Positions 42,846-51,500 of a stretch of DNA of 53,482 nucleotides are shown here, in pieces (the first letter of the stretch is position 1; each line of letters opens with the position of its first letter). Location: contig JAZFSZ010000111.1 of the NCBI GenBank assembly GCA_036446455.1, positions 1 to 53,482 of the forward strand, read 5' to 3'. This stretch comes from Acidiferrobacterales bacterium (GTDB lineage: Bacteria > Pseudomonadota > Gammaproteobacteria > Acidiferrobacterales > JAJDNE01). The notes beneath the pieces are model-generated. The model made no database searches, was not told where the DNA came from, and was given only the letters and a program-made list of their open reading frames with translations. The translations under genes and the position numbers were made by a program.

Positions 42846-43349
42846 ATGGCACGACGCAAACATTATGGCCGTGACAAGGAACCGCCGGAACTGAATATCA
42901 CCTCGTTCATGAATCTGATGGTGGTACTGGTGCCGTTCCTGCTGATATCTGCTGTATTTTCCCAGGTCACTATTCTGCAGCTGAACTTGCCTTCGGTTGC
43001 CGCCTTGAGTGAGGCCGACAAGAAAAAAATCAGGATTGAAGTGGTCGTCCGGGAAAATAGAATTGAGATTGGTGACGGACGCAGGCTGATAAAGCGAATT
43101 CGTAATACGAACAAGGGCTATAACGTCAAGGAAATGTCCAAAGTATTGATGGCGATCAAAAAGAGATACCCAGGGAAGAGAGACGCCATCATCTTGCTGG
43201 AACCCGATATCCAATATGCGGTGCTGGTGAAATTGATGGACGCGATAGGAACGGCCGAGGTTATTCAGGGACTGGACGTACAGAGAATAGAGTTGTTCCC
43301 ACAGATTTCTATTGGTGATGCGCCATCCAGTAAAAGGCGCAAAAGGTAG
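42846..43349 (+). CDS. ExbD/TolR family subunit 1 (AglQ-like; Asn in place of the TM Asp)
   Basis: ELNITSFMNLMVVLVPFLL TM segment; C-terminal IQYAVLVKLMDA. Confidence 0.88.
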   Translation: MARRKHYGRDKEPPELNITSFMNLMVVLVPFLLISAVFSQVTILQLNLPSVAALSEADKKKIRIEVVVRENRIEIGDGRRLIKRIRNTNKGYNVKEMSKVLMAIKKRYPGKRDAIILLEPDIQYAVLVKLMDAIGTAEVIQGLDVQRIELFPQISIGDAPSSKRRKR

Positions 43350-43355
43350 CGGGCG

Positions 43356-43874
43356 ATGAAAGAAACACGTCGCATGAAAAGAATGGGCCGCGCCCAGCAA
43401 CGCGCCAAACGTACGCCGGGTTTCAACCTGGTGGCGCTCATGGATATTTTTACCATCCTGGTATTTTTTCTGTTGACCAACTCAGCCCAGACACAGGACT
43501 TACCCAGTCCCGATCAGGTTATATTGCCCGAATCGATTTCCGAGATAAAGCCGGAAGAAACGGTTGTGGTGTTGGTAACTGAAACCCAGGTGCTAGTGCA
43601 GGGAAAACTGGTTGCCCTGCGCGCAGAGATCGTTGAGAGGAATTTATCCTTTGTACCGGCGGTGCGCGATGAATTGGGGCGCATTATGCAGAGCACGACA
43701 GGCATTCGTACAAGACAAAATTCTGCCAGAAAGGAGGTCACGATCATGGGCGATCGTGCGATTCCTTTTAAATTGCTTAAAAAGATCATGACCTCCTGCA
43801 CTCTTGCTGGTTATCAAACTATTAACCTGGCTGTCGTCCAGAAAGCATCTCAGTTCAAGAAAGAATCCCCCTGA
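43356..43874 (+). CDS. ExbD/TolR family subunit 2 (AglS-like)
   Basis: FNLVALMDIFTILVFFLL TM segment with Asp30; VTIMGDRAIPFKLLKKIM...AGY. Confidence 0.9.
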   Translation: MKETRRMKRMGRAQQRAKRTPGFNLVALMDIFTILVFFLLTNSAQTQDLPSPDQVILPESISEIKPEETVVVLVTETQVLVQGKLVALRAEIVERNLSFVPAVRDELGRIMQSTTGIRTRQNSARKEVTIMGDRAIPFKLLKKIMTSCTLAGYQTINLAVVQKASQFKKESP

Positions 43875-45232
43875 TGGTGACATCTGGAGTCGAAAAAATA
43901 GAGAACGTGCTGCTAGAAGCCAGGGAGAAACTGCAGCAGGCGGATCGTCGGGTGCGTGAGCTCGACACAACATTGCGAGATTATGATGATCAGCAATCCC
44001 GCGTTGAGGTTCTGTCCAGGTTGCAGGAGGCATTGCATGAACTCCGGGGTGTTGGTGGCAGCGATCCTTTTTCAGGTAATGCGCTAAAAAAGAATTCATA
44101 CGAAGAAGCGCTGGTTCGTATCCAGCGGGAATCGGATGAATATCGTAAAGCAGTCGGTAAACTCAAAGATGAACTGAAAAAAGCACGCGCACAGGTCATC
44201 CAGGCAGTACAGGATTACGATCAACTACGTGCGAAATTCGAAGCACAAGAAAAGAAAACGCGCCGCCAGGCTCTGGAGGCCTACCGGCGCGAAGTCAGAG
44301 AAAAAGGATTCCAGGCACGGAAAGGCGACGTTTTTTATCGTTCCATGTCGTTGCCCTGGGGAGGAAGCACCGAAGAGGATCGTCGACTGCGACGGGTATC
44401 AACACTGGTTCTTTTGTTCAGCTTGTTGCTGGGTATCGGTATTGGAACGCTGGTGTTACCCGAGGTAGAAACCAAAGAAGTTGAATTACCAGCACGGATG
44501 GCGATGCTGCTGCAGGAAAGGCAAAAAAAGTTGCAGCCAGTAGAAGTCCCGCAGGAGCAAAAGATAGACAAGAAGGATCTCGCAGCGCGCAAGAAGGCCC
44601 CGGAGCCCAAAACCCGGAAGCAACAGCGCGCGCGTGACAGAGCGAAACAAAGCGGACTATTGGCGCTCAGCGATACTTTCGAAAGCCTCAAGCAAAACGC
44701 GTTTGAAGACAAGCTGGGTAAGCAGGCCAATATCGCTACGGCCGGCAGGCAGGCATCGAATCTACAGCGTTCAATTGTTACTGCGCGCGCTGAGACCGGT
44801 AGCGGTGGCATCGTAACATCGAGTTTGAGTCGCGGCACTGGTGGCAGTACGCTTTCCGGGCGCAGTACCAGTCGCGTAAGCAGTGGTCTGGCCGATTCCC
44901 TCGCCGCGAGTGCGGATCGTCGTATCGTCGGCTCGGGCAAGGCATCACGTACTGATGAGGAAATTCAAATCGTTTTTGATCGCAACAAGAGCGCACTCTA
45001 TCGTCTTTACAATCGCGCGCTGCGCAAGGATCCAACGCTACAAGGCAAGATTGTTCTGAAACTAACCATTGCGCCGTCAGGTCAGGTAACAATGTGCAAG
45101 GTGATCTCCAGCAGCCTTAAGGCGCCGGTCCTGGAACGCAAGATTGCGCAACGCGTGAAGTTATTCAATTTTGGCAGGAAAAAAGTCAACGCAGTCACCA
45201 TTACCTATCCTATTGATTTCCTGCCTGCCTAG
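43874..45232 (+). CDS. TonB-like energy transducer with AgmX/PglI C-terminal domain (GltG-like)
   Basis: Cytoplasmic coiled coil, single TM, charged and Gly/Ser-rich linker; C-terminal EEIQIVFDRNKSALYRLYNRALRKDPTLQGKIVLKLTIAPSGQV...ITYPIDF. Confidence 0.85.
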   Translation: MVTSGVEKIENVLLEAREKLQQADRRVRELDTTLRDYDDQQSRVEVLSRLQEALHELRGVGGSDPFSGNALKKNSYEEALVRIQRESDEYRKAVGKLKDELKKARAQVIQAVQDYDQLRAKFEAQEKKTRRQALEAYRREVREKGFQARKGDVFYRSMSLPWGGSTEEDRRLRRVSTLVLLFSLLLGIGIGTLVLPEVETKEVELPARMAMLLQERQKKLQPVEVPQEQKIDKKDLAARKKAPEPKTRKQQRARDRAKQSGLLALSDTFESLKQNAFEDKLGKQANIATAGRQASNLQRSIVTARAETGSGGIVTSSLSRGTGGSTLSGRSTSRVSSGLADSLAASADRRIVGSGKASRTDEEIQIVFDRNKSALYRLYNRALRKDPTLQGKIVLKLTIAPSGQVTMCKVISSSLKAPVLERKIAQRVKLFNFGRKKVNAVTITYPIDFLPA

Positions 45233-45558
45233 ATTGGTCTGCAACACAGAAGTTAGTCCTGACCGACTGCCAGTCACTGACATTGTTCCTGACAGCACTG
45301 CGGAACCGACGGTAGAAAATACCAGACAAAAGGTGTGTAAAGGTACGGACTCCTTCTGTTCGCCGGACGATTCAGGCGTCGCGTCGGATAATGTGCATAT
45401 GCTGCTGACGCAGAACCTATAATCCTAATATATTGATCCAGGGGTTAATGCGTACTTGCTATTGGTAAAGCGGGGTCGGGAAAGCGCTGAATTAGTAAAA
45501 AAATGGCGTTCTCAAGTAGCTCATTAGAGCCAATTATAGAAAAAGAAGGCAGACTTCC

Positions 45559-48500
45559 ATGTGCCTTCTTTCCGGTGCATGGATCATTTTCGGTATGAGT
45601 GCATGGAGCCAGATTGTGCCGCGAATCCGGGGTTATCTCAGAGTAATTCTAACGCTAGGCTTTATGCTTGGCTTCGGTTTATTACTGCCTGCCGCGACGG
45701 CGTTGGCATCACATCCGAATTGCACTGACGATCCCTCCACTTTCAATATTATTTCACACGATTTTGCCGCCAGTTATTGTGAGCTGTGTGGTATCGGCGA
45801 GATTCACATCATTGTTACCAATGACACCGCCCAGCCATTCACAAACGTTACCATTACCGAAGACCTTGGTGCATCCGGTCTCGAATATATTGCGGGCACC
45901 ACGACCTTCAACGGCTCCGCAACGGGTGATCCATCGATAACAGGTTCTGTTTTGACCTGGACACCTGCCGAAATGCCTGAGCTGGCCTCACTCGATAAGG
46001 CACAGAATCACAATACTCCAAGAACCTACGAAATTGTATTTCAGGTAAGAAGCATTACCGGGACCGAAGAAGGTCTCGTGTCAGCCAGCAGGTTAATCGA
46101 AGCCACCGTGTCATTTGATTACGAACGATGCAATTCAACCCTGTACCCGAGAACAACGGATAGCACCGGGCAAGAACTACTGCCGCTGCGCGAACCCGTG
46201 CCGAGCGTTACCAAGGCCGGACGTAATGTGGATGCGGCGCAAGGCGGTTATTCCGATCCGGTTTATGGCAACACCAATGACGACATTATCTGGCAGATAG
46301 AAATCGGCAACGGTGGCCTGGCGGCCATGCAGGATCTTAAATTCAATGATCTGATGACCGCCGGCAATATGTCGGTGAATTATGCCTGCCCAACAGAAGG
46401 TACAGCATTGGCCGTGGCCAACAACAACGGTGCGCTTCCGGGCGGCAGCCCCTGTGTTGTGGCCAGCAATTCAATCACAGATTTTGCAGTGGATGATCCC
46501 TTTGGTAATCCGGGCAATGACGAACCGGGCGCTTTCGTGGATGTGCCCGCGGGTGGCGTGGCGCGTGTTTACCTCGTCGGCAAGATAACAAGCTCCTGTA
46601 ATAATCAGACCAACACCGCCTCCGGCATTGAATGGGGTTGCGAAGTAAATAGCCCCGATGGGGGTATCACAAATACGTCGACGGGTGCGTCACCCGGTAC
46701 CGCGTCTGCAACGTTGGAAACGCTGGTGACTAATAGCGGACTGCAGATTCAGCGCCAGATCACCGGTACCAATACCGCGCAACCGGTGGGCACCAAAGGC
46801 ACCATTACCATTACCATTACTAACAACACCGGCGGTACCGTAAAAAACATTCAGCTTAATGATGTATTGCCCACCGGCCCGACATATTACGTCGTCGATT
46901 CAACTTTCACGCCGACGATTGCGGTGACCCCTCTATTCGGTGCTTACGCGGGTATGACAGACACCATCACCTGGACCAACCAGAATATCGACCCGCTACT
47001 GAATACGTCACCCACTTTTATACTGACCAGCAGTACCACCCACGCAAACTACGCAGACCAGTTTAATATGTTACGCAATGGCGATGAGTTGGTGGTGACT
47101 TTCCGAATTGTCATGGTCAATTCAGATTTCTATGACAAACAGGCCGATCTGGATATTCGCGAAGAAGCCGCCGGTGTCGACGATCCGATTAACATGCCGA
47201 CGTTAACCAATCAACTTTATGTCACGTTCGAGCAGTTTTGTAGTCCGGGCACCATTCAACAGGCGTCCAGTTACCCCTTCAACGACAATTTCACGCCTTC
47301 GCCGGAAGACATTGATATCGATATCTCGGGCGCCGCGCTAATATTTATTCTGACTAACGATCCTGCGCAGCCGCTACCCCTGCGTGTACAGCTAACCAAT
47401 AGCGGTGGTCATGATGCAGATGATCATTTTACCTATGTCAGCTTTGGCGAAACCATGACTATCGTGACGGCGCCGGGCAGTTGTACCGTGACCAGCAATC
47501 CACCACCACGCCCGGTGTGGAATCTCCCGGCTCCGGTACCAGCGACGGCGACGATTTATGAATGTACCAGTGGTGTGATCGCGCCGGGTGCGACACGCAA
47601 TCTTGATTTCGAAGTGATTAAGAATCTTGCTTCAACGGCAGATGATCTGACCTTCCGCGCCGATGTGGTGGCTGAGGTCAGGCTGAGTGACGGCACGCCA
47701 CTGACATACCCGGTGCCGTCCGACCCAATTGGCAGCACAGTTAACAATTATTCGCTCGATGGAATTCGCGCACGCGTGCTTGGTTTTAACTTACAGAAAT
47801 CACAAGTCGGTGTCTGTACCGAAAACAATCCACCGCCTTCTTCTCCAGACACCAATGTACAAATTGGCGAGCAGTGCACTTTTCATATCGACACCGGTGG
47901 CTGGTTCGGATTCCAGACACCGGGCTTTACTTATATCGCTGTGCAGAACATCCAGGTGGTTGATGAGCTGCCGGACGGCCAGGGCTACATTTCTTCGACG
48001 GACCCGACGCTGACAAGCGATTCCACGGTGCTGGGTATCAGCCTCAATCCACCCGGGCTGGTAGCACCCGATGAGGGATGGATCGACTGGACGTTTAACC
48101 AGATTGTGCCGGCGGAACGCATTACGGTGAAGGATCAATGGTTCCGCGTCGACGTAACCACGCGAATACTGAATGATCCGATCGACAGCGTGGCCGCGCC
48201 CAATCAACACACCGCCACCAGCCGTAATGTACTTAATTCGTATTTCGAGGCCATATTCCGCAATGCGATGGGTGTGGAAGAAGTATTCAATCTTGGCCCC
48301 GGTACTGTGGGTTATCCCCAGGCATCGGTGCGGCGCGTTGATCTAATAGTTACCGAGCCCAGCATTTCCGTGGTCAAAGAGGTCTGTAACGAAACGCTTT
48401 ATGGCGTCGGCGCGGCCTGTAGCAACTTTGTGACGGTGGCCAGTGATGGTGACACCAATGACTCTTACGTTTACCGCATTCGCTTAACAAACCAGTCGAG

Positions 48501-51500
48501 CAGCGGCGGAGTGACACGGGCGCCAGCCTATAACATTATCTCAACTGACGTGCTTGACAGCAGTGACCTGATGTTAATCGCACCGTTCGGTAGTGATGGC
48601 CTGGACAATGATGGTGATGGTCTGGTAGATGGCGCCGATGCCGATGAAGGTTCTATTAGTGACAACATTATTGGTAATGCCACGCCAGCCGAAATCACCT
48701 TCTCCCATGCGCATAGTGCACCATTGTTAAGGGTAGATCCCGGCTCAACAGTCACCTTCTATTACCGCGTTGATCCGGATGATGCCATTGCCCCGCTGCA
48801 GTTGCTGACCAATACAGTGACCATGATCTACGACAGCCTGGATGGCGACTTTGGCAACCAGACAGCACCGCTGCGACCGAACAGTGACATTGCCGGCGCG
48901 CGTGTGTATACCACAACGGCCGTACAGGCAACGGTGCAGATTCTACCGTTGATAACTCAACCCAAAGCAATCTTGGCTCTGTCGAACACGGCGGTGGGCG
49001 GTCCGCCGCAACCAGTAACTATCGGCGAGGAAGTGCAGTACCAGTTAACGACGGAGATACCGGTATCAAGATTACGCAACTTTGTGATTCGCGATGAACT
49101 ACCCGCGGGGGTTCGCTGTATTGAGGCACCCGCAATCAATCTTGGTACTGGTGTTTACGCCAGTGCCGGATTTGTTCCCGGTGGTACCATTACGCCAACC
49201 TGTACCAGTACCGGCAGCAATGATTATGTGGAATGGAGCTTCGGTGACCAGGAGCTGACGACAGCCACCGGTACACGATTTACCTTTCCAGTCAGCTTTA
49301 TCGCCCGGGTGGAAAACACAGTCGTCACCAATGACACTGATGACATCAGCAATGGTACACCGGCCACCAATGCCACGGTGAGTTATGTCGACGAAGCCAA
49401 TAACACGGTTACCCTGAATTTTGCCAGCAACAATGCCGTTGTCAGTGAACCACAAATCGCCTTGACCAAGTCGTTCTCGGCCGCCAGTACCGACGCCGGC
49501 GATGTGCTGACGGTCACCGTGACTGCCACCAATACCGGTACCGCGACCGCCTATAACCTGCGTGTAATGGATAACCTTGTTGGCACCAAGTTAACCTTTC
49601 TTAACAGCGTTAGCGGTACTGACCCACCGGACACGATTGACACCATTACCCTTGGCGCCAACAGTCCAATCTTCAGCTGGAACGCAACCAATCCCGATTA
49701 CGCTATCGCACCGGGCGCCAGTATCAGTTTTACCTTTACCGTCAGCGTCGATATTGATGTTGAACCGCAAGAAGTCCTGAGCAATACCTTACAAGCCAGC
49801 TGGCAAAGCCTGCCGGATCAAAATACGGCGCTAAATAGCAGCGGATCCATTGGCGCCGATGGCAGCACACTGGGCATGCGTAACGGCGCCATTCCCAATG
49901 CCGGTGATGCTATTAACGACTACGAGACAACAGTCACAGCCACCATAACCGTGCTTCCCGCCAGCATCGGCAAGACCCACTTAAACGATACCTACATTGC
50001 CGGCGCGGATGTTCGAATCGGCGATATCGTTGAATATGAATTGCGCCTGACCCTGCCCGAAGGCACGACCACAAGCATTGTCCTGTCAGATGTGTTACCG
50101 CAGGGCCTGCAATACGAAAGCACGGTGAGTGTGAATGGTGATACCACCGCACCCTATACCTCGAGCCCACCCTTTACTTACTCGAATTTTGCCGGTGCCG
50201 TAGTGGTTGGCGATGCGACCACGGGGTCCACCACGGTTACGTGGGATCTTGGTCAGGTCATCAACGCTGGCGACAACAATGCTGGCAATAACGACATCGT
50301 GATCATCTATCGGGCCAGGGTGCTCAATCTTGTACATCCGCAGGTCAATAATATTGCGCTCACTAATACCGTCAGCCTGGATTACATTGCCGGGGGAGCT
50401 CCGGCGCCGACACAAACGGCCGGCGAAACGATCAATGTTGTACAGCCGAACCTGACGGTTAGCAAGTCTGCCGCGCCTGCCGGTGGGGATACGGTGATTG
50501 ATGCCAACGAGATCGTCACTTACACGGTCGATATCCAGAATACGGGCACTGCACCGGCTTACGACGTGGTGCTGCAAGATGTGATACCCGTGGGATTAAG
50601 AAACGGCGTAGCAACCATTACCGTCACCAGCATGACGCTGGTAAACGGGCCGACCGTGCTGCCAAATCTTGCGCCAACGTATGATGCCGGCACTGGTGTT
50701 GCTGTCTGGAACTTCGATACGGGCACTGCCAATCAGTACACGATTCCGGTTGGTGACACCCTGCGTCTGGTGTATCAGGTGCAGGCCGATGCCGATCTGG
50801 GTGCTGCCTTTGTCATGACCAATCAGGCGCAAGTGCAAAACTATTACTCGTTCGATGATGAAGCGGTTCCCTCGTTAGGCGGCATAAACGGCGTGCGTGA
50901 AATTTACGGGGTCAGCAACACTGCCTCGATCACCCTGACCTCCGTAGCGCCCAACCCCTTAAGCAAGCAAAACCCGGCGGTACTGAATGTCACTATTGGC
51001 GAAACCTTCGCTTACCGCATAACCGTGCCCAACACTCCGCAGCCTGTGGCGTTGCACGATGTCGTCATTGTGGATGATCTTTCGGCCTCGGCTGCCGATC
51101 TGCTGTTTGTCGGTGTCAGTCGCGTATCCGGGTCGCAGTTCTGGACACCAGTGAACACCGGCACCGCCAGCAGCCTGGTGATTGCAGACACCGCTAACGG
51201 AATCGATATCCCGGCAGGCGAACAGATTCAAATTGATATCACTGTCACGGTGGCGGATACAGCGACCAATGTGGCGGGTCTGCAATTCAATAATACGGCG
51301 AGCTACCTCTTTAACCAGGTGAACGACAATGTCGCCACCCAGTTAGCCGGGGGAGCGGATACCACTGCCAATATGACCATTGTTGAGCCGGATACACTAA
51401 CACTAGAGAAGTCGGGTCCGGCGCAGGCGCAGTTTGGTATCCCCGCCACCTTTACCCTGAACGTGCAAAACACAGGTACCAGCACCGCCTGGGATCTGAC

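Noticed and set aside
42201-45232. Ordinary Tol-Pal or TonB-ExbBD iron-uptake locus
   Set aside because: No tolB, pal or TonB-dependent receptor is present. Two ExbD genes, the TPR partners and the AgmX-type C-domain point to the Agl/Glt-like class.
35668-45232. Proof of gliding motility
   Set aside because: GltA/B/H/I/J/K, CglB and MglAB equivalents are not visible in the window; homology of the core does not establish motility.
45233-45558. c-di-GMP riboswitch or terminator upstream of the giant gene
   Set aside because: No GEMM-like consensus and no hairpin with a U-tract could be found by eye; an Infernal search would settle it.
46801-46820. ACCATT x3 microsatellite in the giant gene
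   Set aside because: It simply encodes the beta strand TITITIT of a DUF11-like repeat and is in frame.
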